Positions 14,066 through 26,100 of a stretch of DNA of 64,000 nucleotides are shown piece after piece. The translations under genes were made by a program, and so were the position numbers. Under the pieces are notes generated by a model. The model was given only the letters and a program-made list of their open reading frames with translations, was not told the origin of the DNA and made no database searches. Source of the DNA: Fimicolochytrium jonesii (lineage: Eukaryota); the NCBI RefSeq assembly GCF_025526975.1, contig NW_026515677.1:186001-250000 (forward strand), read 5' to 3'. Numbering within the stretch: the first letter of the stretch is position 1; each line of letters begins with the position of its first letter.

Positions 14066-16474
14066 TTGGACGCCGACGCCCACAAAGCCTTGCTTGCGGA
14101 GTGCATGCGGAAAGTCGGTTGCGTATGGGTACTTGCCTGCCGCCAAATCAGAAGCAACGATAACGACGACCATGAGGATGATGATACGCTTTTGGAGGTT
14201 GAGACATGTCTTGACGAGTGCGATGCGCTGCTGGGGGTGGATATCGTCGAGGTGGAGCATGCGGGGATGGGGAAGGATGATTCGGGGGGGAACGAGGATA
14301 TGGTGCTGAGTGCATGTGAGCGGGTGGCGGAAGCGGCAAAGAAAGTCCTTGGAGTTGCGGAGAAGCGAATCGCGAGGGAGAAGAGAGGCCTGGCCTTGAT
14401 GGATGCCAAAATCAAACTTGGCAGACGTATGAGCGTAAAGGAACATCAGGCGATGATTTGGATCGGCAACCTCAATTGCGACTTCCGATACGGGGACGAG
14501 GAGGACGTTAGTGGCGAGTGGCCCAATGTCTCGACCGTGTGGACGCCGGACCCTAGATCGGAACCCAAGTCAACCCGTGAACCAAGTTCCGCATCAACAC
14601 CCGGACCAAGGACCGGACCTGTCGATTGGAAAGTACATCCCGTGACATTCGTTCCGCTTGATGACCTGCTAGATGACTTCGAACGCGAACCCAAGCCCAA
14701 ATGCACAAAGCTTTCCAACGCACCTACTCTCATCACCATCGATTTGAAAAACCAACACACCGGATGGGTGCCTCACAGCTATTACCAACCTCCCGATCAG
14801 AGTGCCCGGTTGCCCGGCGGGCTTCTCAGCGACCTCCAACGCAAGGAGGGACATAGTAAGCGCATCTCTATCGTCGGTTCTCAAAGCAATGACAAAGACG
14901 AGGAATGGGGCGCATGCCTGGAAACAGATCAAGTTGCAGAGGCGAGTTGGCGGCGAATGGCGGCAAATATCAACTACATGCGCAAAGAGACGAAGGGGAG
15001 TGGTCGGCACATCTCCTTGCCACATGGCGATTACCGTCATCGCGGACGCGAGGGGGTGATCCCTGCCGCAATCCTCCGCAACCTCGAACACAAAAACCGA
15101 TCCCACACGGGCACCTCTTTCAGTAACACTCCCACACAAAACAAGAACAAGAACGAGGGACGGGGTCATAGCGCCAATGTCTGGATGGAAACGGGTAAAG
15201 CTGCAGAGGCGAGATGGCGAAGGGTGGTCTTGGATGTCGATCATGTGGGTCGGGAGATGGAGTCGAGTGGAGGCGCGGCCAAGAGTGGGTGGACGACAGT
15301 CGCAGCACGTAGATGTGAGATATTTGGGGTGATCGAGAGGGCGATTGTGCCGTATGTGCCAAGGCAGTTGTCGTGGACATCCCACCAGAAACCCGATTCC
15401 GTGGTCTCGAGCACTCATCAAACGGAAAACCCTGTCAGTACCCGAACTCCGGACGAACACGCCTCTGTTCTCGGCAAGGAGGACTCGGCGACCGGAGAAA
15501 AGATCGTGCCTTACAGACCGAGAGTAACGTTCGGCACCTTCTCCGCTGCGTTCGGGTCTCCGCCGCGCATCCCCTATATCGATAATGCGGACAAAAAAAA
15601 GCGTCGTACACAGGCCCAGAGTGTTGCGGCGCAGGGACGTGAAACCTATGTTGCCCCAAGAGCAATCGTGCCGTATGTGCCAATGCAGATGTGGTCGGAT
15701 ACCACCGCCGTCCGACCCGCTTTCGAACACAAAACCAGCGAATTTGGATCAGACTCTCACCCGGATTGCAGGGATATCGTCGGAACAAAGGCAACTGTGC
15801 AACACCTGGCGAAAGAGGTGTTGGCCACCTTCGACACTCCGCGCAAAGCGGATATTATCCACGCTGACGGTGTACTCTCCAAGACAATCGCGCAATATAG
15901 GCCGAGAGAGATGTTCACTGCCTTTCAGCTTCCACGCAGGCCGGATATCAATGCTTCAAATTCTTTTCATGATCCCCAACCCGCCCCCGAACAGGAACAG
16001 GTTCCTGCATCGGAACCTCACCTGGCCAGCATGGACGTCGCGGTTTCGAGAGCAATCGTGCCATACGTGCCTAGAGAGCTGCTGTTCGCAGTTCAATCTC
16101 CCCGCACTCCCAAAATCACATCTGGAGATGCTTTCGTTGCTGACCAACCCATCGGCGAACAAGCTGACTCTCATCGGAGCCGGATGGACACGGCAGACAA
16201 AGCAATCGTTCCATATGTGCCTACAAATTTGTTTCTCAGCTTTCGACCTCTCCGCAATTCGGAGTCCGCACATCGTGAAGATCCCGAACCTTTCTGCGCT
16301 CCTACTGGAATGGGCGCTACGCCGACCAGCGTCATACGAGAGCATTCATCCCCAAGCGCCGTCCATCCTGTCGCGGCGTTGTCGCATCACTTATTCATGC
16401 AGCACGCGCTCGTCATCATCCCTTACGCTCATCCCTACATCTCCGACCTTCCGCTACGAGCTCCATCGGCATAA
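14066..16474 (+). CDS. Intronless hypothetical protein with about 7 dispersed AIVPYxP motifs
   Basis: 802-codon open frame. An in-frame ATG at 14000 is cut off by TAA at 14051-14053, so the true start is uncertain (next ATG 14105) or the gene is damaged. Confidence 0.55.
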   Translation: MDADAHKALLAECMRKVGCVWVLACRQIRSNDNDDHEDDDTLLEVETCLDECDALLGVDIVEVEHAGMGKDDSGGNEDMVLSACERVAEAAKKVLGVAEKRIAREKRGLALMDAKIKLGRRMSVKEHQAMIWIGNLNCDFRYGDEEDVSGEWPNVSTVWTPDPRSEPKSTREPSSASTPGPRTGPVDWKVHPVTFVPLDDLLDDFEREPKPKCTKLSNAPTLITIDLKNQHTGWVPHSYYQPPDQSARLPGGLLSDLQRKEGHSKRISIVGSQSNDKDEEWGACLETDQVAEASWRRMAANINYMRKETKGSGRHISLPHGDYRHRGREGVIPAAILRNLEHKNRSHTGTSFSNTPTQNKNKNEGRGHSANVWMETGKAAEARWRRVVLDVDHVGREMESSGGAAKSGWTTVAARRCEIFGVIERAIVPYVPRQLSWTSHQKPDSVVSSTHQTENPVSTRTPDEHASVLGKEDSATGEKIVPYRPRVTFGTFSAAFGSPPRIPYIDNADKKKRRTQAQSVAAQGRETYVAPRAIVPYVPMQMWSDTTAVRPAFEHKTSEFGSDSHPDCRDIVGTKATVQHLAKEVLATFDTPRKADIIHADGVLSKTIAQYRPREMFTAFQLPRRPDINASNSFHDPQPAPEQEQVPASEPHLASMDVAVSRAIVPYVPRELLFAVQSPRTPKITSGDAFVADQPIGEQADSHRSRMDTADKAIVPYVPTNLFLSFRPLRNSESAHREDPEPFCAPTGMGATPTSVIREHSSPSAVHPVAALSHHLFMQHALVIIPYAHPYISDLPLRAPSA

Positions 16475-16847
16475 CCTTAGCGCACATTCGATCAACTTCC
16501 GGCCATCGACATGGACACATCGGCTCGGCGAGTCCTCGACTTCATATACGGGCACGAACTCCGACGCATCTGAAATGATTTTGTCCATTGGTGTCACGTG
16601 ACAGCCGCGTGACGTGATGCCAACCATTTAACTCCGGTTTCTTGCGCAGAGACGCCGACAGATCCTCTACCCGCACTACACCCCACCGCCATCAAGCCGC
16701 AAACATGGGCACTACCAAGCGGACGTCGAAGCGGAAGGAGAAACGAGCAAAGCCATTCAAGTGGTTCACCATTCCAGAACCTTACCTCTCCGCACCCGGG
16801 TCACGACGGGATATGCGTCTCTTAATTCAGCGTGGTCCTAGAATAAA

Positions 16848-17867
16848 ATGGACTTACCACTTGCTTTCGGCAATAGGGCTGTGCTGCACATCTTGAATAT
16901 CCTCAGGGACGAACCGAAACTCCACAAGCGACTATCCGTGCCCAAATCGCACTACGGCGTCATATCAAAGCACTATGGGGAGCTGGTAGGCGTTAATCTA
17001 GATCTGAATCGCATGCGATATTCTTACCCACCGGCCCTTCCCCGCGCGATGCGAATGTGTGCACGCCATCAGCGCTTGGCTGTTTTGCCCATACTTGTGA
17101 CGGGTGTAGAGGCCCACCATTGTGTCGTCCTCGTCGTCGATTTTGTTGCCCGTACCGCCGAGGTTTGGGACCCCGCGGTGCTTCCGGGACAAGTGGGATT
17201 CGGGGCTGAAGGCGTCATTGTGCGAGATCTACTTATCGCGCTCGGGCTCGGCGACTTCAACTATGTACCCCCCACGGAAGCGGCCCCATCTGGGAAAGGG
17301 CCTCAAGCGTTCACGAATATCGCATATGGATCGGACTCTCTCTGCGTCGACTGGTGTGCCTTGCTCATACATTTGCGGCTGCTCAACCCGAAATATAGCC
17401 TTCACGACATCACGCAAGAGCTTTACGCAAACTTTGGTGGCCCGCAGGAGTTGGGAAGGTTGATCATCTCCTACTCGAAATGGGTGCACTCGACAGTAAC
17501 CCAAGATGATTACGATGACTTCACCAAGATCTCCCCTCCATTGCCAGACTGCATTGTTCATGGCGTCTTGCCACAAGTCACTCGTTATCTCGGATCGGTC
17601 GAGCACGAGGACAGCCCACACCCTCTGGAAGAGAATGTGAAAAGAGAATGGCGGCTCAGGGAGGAAAACCGAGCCAAGTATGGAATGTATGAAAAGTTTC
17701 CTCAACGCGAGAGAGTGGGAAAAGAGAATGGCGGCTCAGGGAGGAATACCGAGCCAAGCATGGAATTTATGAAGAGTTTCCTCGACGCGAGAGAATGTGA
17801 AAAAGAGAATGGCGGCTCAGGGAGGAATTCTCAGGGAGGAATAGCGAGCCGAGCATGGAAGGTATGA
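16848..17867 (+). CDS. Putative clan-CE (Ulp1/adenain-like) cysteine protease
   Basis: His-Asp-Gln-Cys order: HHCVVLVVD...EVWDP...GPQ...LCVDWC...LRLLNP. Intronless. A possible N-terminal part from ATG 16705 lies in another frame. Confidence 0.6.
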   Translation: MDLPLAFGNRAVLHILNILRDEPKLHKRLSVPKSHYGVISKHYGELVGVNLDLNRMRYSYPPALPRAMRMCARHQRLAVLPILVTGVEAHHCVVLVVDFVARTAEVWDPAVLPGQVGFGAEGVIVRDLLIALGLGDFNYVPPTEAAPSGKGPQAFTNIAYGSDSLCVDWCALLIHLRLLNPKYSLHDITQELYANFGGPQELGRLIISYSKWVHSTVTQDDYDDFTKISPPLPDCIVHGVLPQVTRYLGSVEHEDSPHPLEENVKREWRLREENRAKYGMYEKFPQRERVGKENGGSGRNTEPSMEFMKSFLDARECEKENGGSGRNSQGGIASRAWKV

Positions 17868-17890
17868 AGAGTGTCCTCGACGCGAGAGAG
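17641..17890. repeat. About 80-bp tandem repeat, 3 copies
   Basis: Unit AAAGAGAATGGCGGCTCAGGGAGGAA...CGCGAGAGA starts at 17641, 17721 and 17802. Confidence 0.9.
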
Positions 17891-19199
17891 CGAGTGAGTG
17901 ATAATATTCAAATAGGATCATAGCATAGTCAATGAAACATACCTATTGCTCACATTATGTAGGAAGTTTACCGTTGGCATTAATATACATTCCTCTACAC
18001 TTCGAAGGTTTCCATCGTGAATGTCGATTCCTGTGGCTTATCGTACTTGAGACATACCTGCCCAATGGAGACGCCCAACGTGGAGCAGGTCAAACTTGGG
18101 CGGCGATGCCAATATCGACAAAAACAGGAAGTGTTGCGCGTAACACTTCTCGCCTACGGGAGTTCACATACAGCGGCGGCAAAAAGCCCTTTCATCTGCG
18201 GTTTCTTGGTGTAGTTGGTTATCAAATCTGTCCACTCTTTTTGATGGTTCCAGATCGGGAATGTTTTGTTGGCGTCGATGAGGGATGACTCGATCGAGCT
18301 GGCGACGACGTCCGAGCTTCGACCCTGATGCGAACTCGGCACGTCGAGTTTGAGTCGAAACCCAGCCTGCAGTTGTTAGTAGGGCTTTCGATGTGCGCGA
18401 GGTGAACTCAGACGCCGCTCGATTTCCTATAAGCGCACGGATCCTCGAACGAAGGACGGGGTTCGGAGAAAATCAAATGTGAGGAAGACACCTTCCTGTG
18501 AAGGGAGGCGCTCCAACTTTTCAGCGCACGAGGGGTTGGAGCGGATCTCAAGAGACGTCCGAGAAGGCGCCAATGCTTGCCGGCCAATGTTGCAACTCCG
18601 GCTGGAGCACAAGAGACGCGAATGGAGCTTGAGGAGAATGAGCGGAATGTGGTGGAGAATAAAGCCTAAGGTGTTGACATCTAGTAGAATAGTGGACAGG
18701 CCAGGGGTGGAGCTGGAAGGTGTTTCCTTGGCTATATCGCACCGCCGGCGTAATACATAGTAGGTACCACACCCCGGCCGTCTCTAGCATCTGTGAAGAC
18801 TAAAATATGCGTTTCCGATGATGTGCTTCCCAAAGCAACCTCCTCCCTCACGGCCGGACCGAGGGCATGACCGACGTACTTCACTCATATAGAATCACCT
18901 TCCATTCACTATTGACACAAATGAAGTGAAAACAGAAAACAATCAAAAACAAATGTAATGCCAAATAACGTGCGGGAAGTCCAAAAGCCCTTCCGTCCGC
19001 CTGTCCCTCCGTCCACATGCTTGATGCCATAGATAGAAGGGCTTCGCGAAGATCTGGTGGAAGGAAGGGCAGTTGGTTTGTCAGAACCATCCAGGCACAA
19101 CGAGAACGCTCGGCGAGGGCGGGGAGGACGATAAAGGAAAGCGGAGCTGGTGCTTCTACCCACAACGCCGAGAAAGTGACGGCACTTCTACAATCCTAC

Positions 19200-20856
19200 T
19201 CACCAAACAATCAGCGAGTCCAAAAACGCCGCAAACCCCTGCTCAGATGCCTTGTCCTCCGCCGCACTCTTCGCCGGCGCTCCCTTCCCCCCTTTCGCCA
19301 ACCCGCTCTCATCCGCAACCAACAACCGATCAAACAACCCCTTGAAGTCCCTCCTCCCACTACTCTTCCTCTCCCTCTGAATAACCTCCCCACCCTCCGC
19401 CACCGCCAAAACCGACACTCCGAACAAATCCGCCAAACTCGCATGCGACGTCCACCCCTTCGCGCGCTCAGCGTTGTAAGCCGACACCGATCCCGCAACG
19501 TCAGTGAGGTACGTCGCGTGGTCGTGCGCATCGCACAGGTCGGGGTCGTGGTCGACCCACGGCCCGAGGGAGGTGCCGAAGGCTTTGCTGAGACGGGAGG
19601 GACCCGTGTTGCGTTTGGCTTTGTCGCGGGGTTTGAGGAGGGGATAGGATTGGGTGCGGGTGAAGACGAGGGCGGAGGAGGAGGTCCAGGTTTTGGTGCT
19701 GTTGGTTAGGAACGGTGGGTTGGGGACGTGGGAGTTGGTTGCGGAGGTTGGGGAGGGGGTGGAGAGGCCGGCCGAGGGGGGTGCGTTGACAGACGCGGCG
19801 TCCCGTTCGGCGATCTCCAAGGCGGGGGTAAGTGAGACCCGACGCATGCGGTGGCGACGTTTCTGTTTGTCGTCGAAGAGGCTCGCCTGGGACGGCGCGG
19901 GCGAGGCTAGGAATCCCAAGGCGGCCGTTGAGGGCGTCGAGCCCAATGGAGGGTGTGCAGCTGCCCCCGGCGCGGCAGAAGCGCGGTGCAACGATCGTCG
20001 CGCGACTTTACTCAACGCAAATGTGAACCCCTTCGTTCCGATGCCTTTGAACACATCCACCCCGTCCTCTTCCATATCTTCCGGAATCGCGGCCAGATTC
20101 TCGCTTACATCCGTCCCCGCCGATGACATGCACATTTTGGTCGGGTGGTTGGGCGCCGTGGGACGCTCCATCCCGCCTGCCTGGCTCTGGCTCTGCAGGA
20201 CGGGCGACCCGGCGCGGCTGTAAAAGTACCATACGACCAGCTCGCGCATCAGTTGGCTGCGTTGCTCTGCGGTTCGCGGCGTCACGTCGACCACATTTTG
20301 AGGCGTCACTGACAATTGCATGGGACGGTCCTGGGCTGACCAACCACCGCTCGCTTTCAAAGCCGGCTTTGGGCTATCATCTGTGTCCTCAGCAGTGCGA
20401 AGTCTGGGGAAATCGGTGTCGAGCTTGTGGTACGTTTTGTGAATCTGAAGAAGAATATGAAACGTTATTACTGGGATTACTGGAAGAGTTACGGAAGGTC
20501 CCCACAAAAGACAGGGCCCCACCCACCTCATCCTCGGCAGGGCCATCGTAATCCTTCAATTTTTCTGGGGAAATAAAATCACATGAGCCTGAAGACAAAC
20601 AAACTCACACAAAAGTACACCTACCAACACCCAACGCATTCGGCACAGGTTTTGCGACCTTCCCATGCGACACACGACGCGACCCAGCATGCTGATCAGC
20701 CCCGATCAATCCAGCCGAGTCCCGTCTGTCCTGCACAACGCTGGAGCGTCTCCTCGCTTCAGCCGCCGTCGTCACAGGCACATTTTCCTCCTTTTGATCA
20801 CTCTGAGCGCCGGCGGCGTGTTCCTCAGATTTGGTACTCCCCGTGAGAGCAGCCAT
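19200..20856 (-). CDS. Hypothetical protein, about 3 exons
   Basis: ATG at 20856 (MAALTGS) and a short exon (EKLKDYDGPAEDE) are joined by canonical introns to the long ORF ending FAAFLDSLIVW. No family recognised. Confidence 0.6.
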
Positions 20857-23133
20857 GGCAGCGGCTGCGGACTGGGCGAAGTTGGGGGTGTGGCGTTTGG
20901 CGGCGTGCAGACGCTGCTTTATGCTGAGACGGAAGCTTCTGCCGCGGGAACGACGGGCTGGGAGGTCTGAGACGAGGCTTACTGAGTGCTGTAATACAAA
21001 TCCGAGATGGAAGATGTGATAGGGCTGTGTCAGCTCTTCGTTGTATTTTGAATATTCCCTGTTTGGCTCATGCATCTTTCGCCTCTAGTGGCAAAATGCA
21101 TGCAGCAAACTGCTATGTCACACATACATCCAGATGCACAGCACGTCGGGGGCTCTTTCCAATAGGTGACGGCGCCGCGTGGCTTTTGCGGAAGCGAGTG
21201 CGACCCACAGATCGACGGATTGGCTTCTCGTTCAGCGAAGAAGATGAGGTCGATACGTTCGACTGCGGATAAATCCGATGAGATTTCTCCCCGTAACTTC
21301 TCATGGGATTGCGCCTCGATGCTGAAATAGAAAGAAACGCACCTTGTCAATGTCCGAGGCGTACTTGACCTGACCTAGGTATGCAGATGCATCGGGAAAA
21401 GAACCCGGTGAGTTCGACAAAACTTGCATGTTTTGACTGTTTCCCAAAATCCCAAACGCATGCGAGGGGAAAAAAATACCCCGGCTTCCTCCTTCCTCTG
21501 CGGTAGTCCGGCCACTTACAAGCGCGTTCGAATATTGCCTCTGCGACGTCTGCAGCAGAAGACGTCCCTGACATGGTCCAACAGTAGTTTCACTGTTTAA
21601 TCGGTGAGGCGAGGGAAGTCAGGTTAGATCAATGCACTGGTCATCAGGCCTCCCGATGTGATGCGAGCGAAGCACATCAGTTAACCTTATCCCTCTGAAA
21701 ATCTTCCAGCATCAAGTGGGGCGCTCCCACGTGAAGGGTGCAAGTTACGATTCGTGGTTGTTCGATAGTCGAGAGTTACGAATTTGCACCAAATGCACTC
21801 AACCACTTTTCATTGGTGTACAAAGCGCACGCTTGCTTGCCCTTCCACCGTCTTTTATATTGCGGAGCCTATGCATGCATACGTCGAGTATTGATCGACT
21901 CCGAGTCAGATGGCCTAGGGACTTGTTTACGACTGCATATAAGGCGGGACGGGAAGCATGACGCAACGATGAAAACGAAGCGAGGCTGATCCCTGCAGGA
22001 GCGTGGCAGGGGGGATTAGGTAGGCGCAAGGCGCTTGCATTGTTTAAGCTTGAGTTGTTAGGGACCAGGGAGTAGAAGGGCGGAGTTGCAGCTTATGTAA
22101 GGACGCGCTCGCGCTGTCAATTGCGTCCCTCCACAATCTTCCCCATCAGTGCGACAACAATGGAGTGAAACCGCTTTGTGCATAGAGAGCGAGAAAAGAG
22201 ACACCGTTCTCCATCCTCGTCGGCAGACTACTGTAAGTCCTGCTCTGCCTGGAGAGCACCTCGACGTCAAACGACTTAGTGAAGAACAACACCAAGCACG
22301 CCCGCCTCGTTCTTCGCTTATGAGTTGGGCAAAGTAGTCTAGTCCCGCCGAAATACACTCATTGACGGAAGAGACTCGAGAGACCGCCAATGCCAGAGGT
22401 GATTGGCGGTACTAGTTTTCAGATTTGGCATGCTATGAGGTTTACGGGGGAATCACGAGCTACGACTGACACCTCACTCATCAAGGAAGCAAACGACCGC
22501 GATCGCAATATGGATTCCGAGGGCGAGGGATACAGCAAAAGAGGCGTCTCCCAGTGGCGGCAGTTGAGACGACGGAACACCTCTAGACTGACTAGGCCTG
22601 CAAACCATTTCTCAGCAAGATAAGACCGGCAAGACAACAAATGTCCTTGTTCTTCTGCAGTAGCAGTGGTGATGACGCTGCTGCTGAGGAGTTGTGCTGT
22701 CTGTCTGTCTGTGGCTGAGACGGACGACGTCGCCGTGCGGAGGAGCGTTTTCCCTCCGATGTCCATACTTCTTTTCCCATCCCAATTCCGTATGGCTCAT
22801 GTGCTGTACATCGACATGTCCTTCGGACCTTCTCATGTCTCAACCCCGCGCTATCTCCGAAGACATCTCCGCATCCGACTTGGTTCAACCAACCACCGAT
22901 CATGTAATTCACCTCATCAGCACAAACAAAAGCATATATACTGTATATACAGAGAACAGAGAAAAAATGTACAAGCAGGTCCAAAACAACTATCTACCAA
23001 GTTATCCAGTATACTACGCCGTTTTCACAACCAGTCCAAAAAAAAACCACAGAAAAATCGCAAATACCACAACCCCACCTCCCACAAAACAATCCGCTCC
23101 CAAAAGTCCAAACTCGCCATCTTAAGACACACA

Positions 23134-26100
23134 CTACCACGGCCAACACCCCCACCTCGCCGCCATCTTCTGCCTCGCAACGTTCTCCTGGTACTCATCC
23201 TCCTCTTCATCATCATCGCTGTCTGATTCATTCCCATAACCCCCGACTCCACCAACCTCTCTTCCACTGCCGGTGACTTTCGGCCTCCCCCGTCGATCGA
23301 TTCGTCTGAGATATGCTTCGCGTCGTAGGGCCCGTTTCACGGTGCCCGGTAAAGGCGGGACGAGGAAGGTTAGGAGGGCTTTGATGAGGAGGATTGTGTG
23401 CTATGGATTCAAGAGGGAGGAGCGATGTTAGAGCGGATGGATTTGCGAGCGAACAGCGACCCCTAGTCGTGTTTGTCCGCTTGCACATATTGCCCAACAT
23501 CCTTGTCGCGAGCGTAGTATCGGCCAATCCCGCGTCAACCATCATTATCACACATCCGCCAACCCGTCATCCCTCAGTCAACCATCCATCGCTCCGCTCG
23601 GATACATACCTCAAAAACAATGACAAACCCCAACTTAATCGCAAACGTATTGCCACCCGGCGCCCAATGCTCCGCATACGTCGCAAACGTCGAGCTGCTG
23701 AAGGCGATGATCAGGGCGTTCGCGGGGGCCCCGATTGTTGAGATTACGGTTAGGATTGATGTCCAGAGGCCGATTGATTGGGCTGGGTAGCGGAGGGAGA
23801 GAGGAGGGTGGTGGATGGGTGAGGGAGGGTGAGGGGAGGACGAGGGAGAGGGAGAGGAGGAAAGAGCTGCGCAAAGGGATCGACTCTTGTTTACCTCTCT
23901 GGGCCCATGGGCGACGGTATTCGAATAGCATCTTCCACGAATCTATACGCGACAAAATTAAACCACTTAGTACCCTCGCATGTATACACACGCACTCTTT
24001 TATGGCGCACCACTTTTCCACTGTCCTTACCGATGTGCAGCACAACGACGTTATTAGCAATCGCAAAGATCGGCGCCAGCGGAAACGCGCACGAGAAGAG
24101 CGCAATGTAGCCAAACTGTACCACTGCAAAGCCAGTCGGAAGATGCAGACATCCAAAGACAATCAGTAAAGAGAAGGGCGCACCGCATACAAAGACCGTC
24201 ACCCACCAGCCATCCCATAATCCTGACAAAGCGTCCAATCATCATACGCAAACAACGCCTCATCCATCGCATACTGCGGGACTCTCCCACCTCCTCTCCC
24301 CACACCCCCCGCCGACGCTCGTCTGATAGCCTTCCTCCCACTCGACGCGGGGGTAGGTCGCCATGATGTTGACGACGGCGAGGATGTGTGGGCGGCGACG
24401 ACGGGTGAGACGGGGGTGAGGGGTGATGGGAGGGTGAAGTGGTGGGATTTGAAGGTTGCGCGGAGGTGCTGGACTATCCAACTATGGAAAAAAGATTCAC
24501 ATATGAGACATCAACGGAAAAAAATATGCCGGGGAACGAGTCAGATGAATTGACGACTTACGGCCAAGCAACCTTCTCCCCCGCCCTCACAAACTGCAAC
24601 CCGACAAAGATGATCGCCATCTGCAGCATGATCTCCTGCATGCACGACGAATCGATATCGGTCGTTGCGCCCGCGGGTGACAGGTCGCCTGTTGTTGTGG
24701 TCGTGGAGGTGGCGCCGCCGAAGGAGATGGCTTCGCAGCGTTCGGCGTATTTGCCTACGGGATTGTGGGAGGGTGAGATTGGTGGTGGGGTTGGGGAAGG
24801 GAATGGGGGAGACATGTACCGAAGACGTAGTGTAAGCCCAGCATGGCTTTAACGACGCCGGTGTAGAAGAAGGCGGAGTAGTTGTTGATGAAGCTGAAGA
24901 GGAAGGTTTTGAATATGAGGCCGTCTGGTGTTCAGACAAGGCGGCGAGGTGAGTGTGAGATTGAAGGTCGCCGTGAATAGGGGCAAGAGGCGCGGGTGTC
25001 TGGTCTACCTTCAAACTGACTGTCGTACTTGTAGTTATCGCCGTTATTGATCTTTATCGCGATACGGTTATAGAGCTGTGATTTGCGAATGACCCAGTGC
25101 GTGAGTTTGAGAAAAAAACCAACCACAAGAGAGACACGATATCACAACTCACATTCTGCACAACAAGCACCTGCACAATTTCAATCACGCCCCCAACCCC
25201 ACTCAAAAGCACCCACTTCACAACCCGACTCTCCGTAAACGTCGCCTTCACAAACGCCTTATACGCAATAACCCCCGTCACAATCCCCAACAACACCATC
25301 GCACACACGCCCAGGACCAGATTCGTCCACGTGCGTCTGAGGATCCTGTTCGGGTACGGGTCATGTTTCTCGATCCGTCTCGTCAACGGGTTGCGCGTGA
25401 CCATGGTAGGTCTCCACTGCGGTCTTATCAGCTCCTCGCGGCGATACTCACTCACATCCCACACGTACGCGAGGAACTTTTGTCGGCGTTTCCAGGACTC
25501 GATGAAGACGGTGGCCCAGATGGACATGCCGAGGGTGAACGCGATTGTTGCGCCGTTGTCGAAGGCGGAGCCGAGGCGGTACATGGAGTCGGTCATGGAG
25601 GGAGTGCGCGTGGTCGGGTCGATGTGGAGGGTGAGGGCGTGGAAGAGGCCGTAGGTGAAGACGAGGAGGCCGAAGAGGGCGGCGGGGAGCATCCAGAAGG
25701 TGTAGAATGCTGTCCGGAAATGCGCTTAGTAACCCTACACTAAATGGGCATTGATGGACTGTTTTCCTCGTTCATACCTAACCAATCAAAATAGAACGCA
25801 ACCTGCTCCCCCGCATACTCCCTCACTAGATCCGCATTATCCCTCGTAATCCACCCCTTCAGCCGTACCCAAAACGGGCTCTGCACCCACTCCACAAACA
25901 AAATCTCCCGCAATCTCTTTCGCTTCCCCATCGCTTGTTCCGCAAGCGACGGCCTGCGTGGACCACACTGCTTTTTATCACCGAATCGCGGCGCGGTCAC
26001 GTCGCAGTCGTGCACGGGGTACCAGTCGGTGTACACGTCGTCTTCGAGGAGGTCCCGGATTGTTGTGCGTTTGGAGATGGGGGAGCCGGGGGCGGGGTCG

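Noticed and set aside
18427..18760. Faint F-box-like stretch on the minus strand (LDVNTLGFILHHIP)
   Set aside because: Poor match to the consensus and interrupted by stops.
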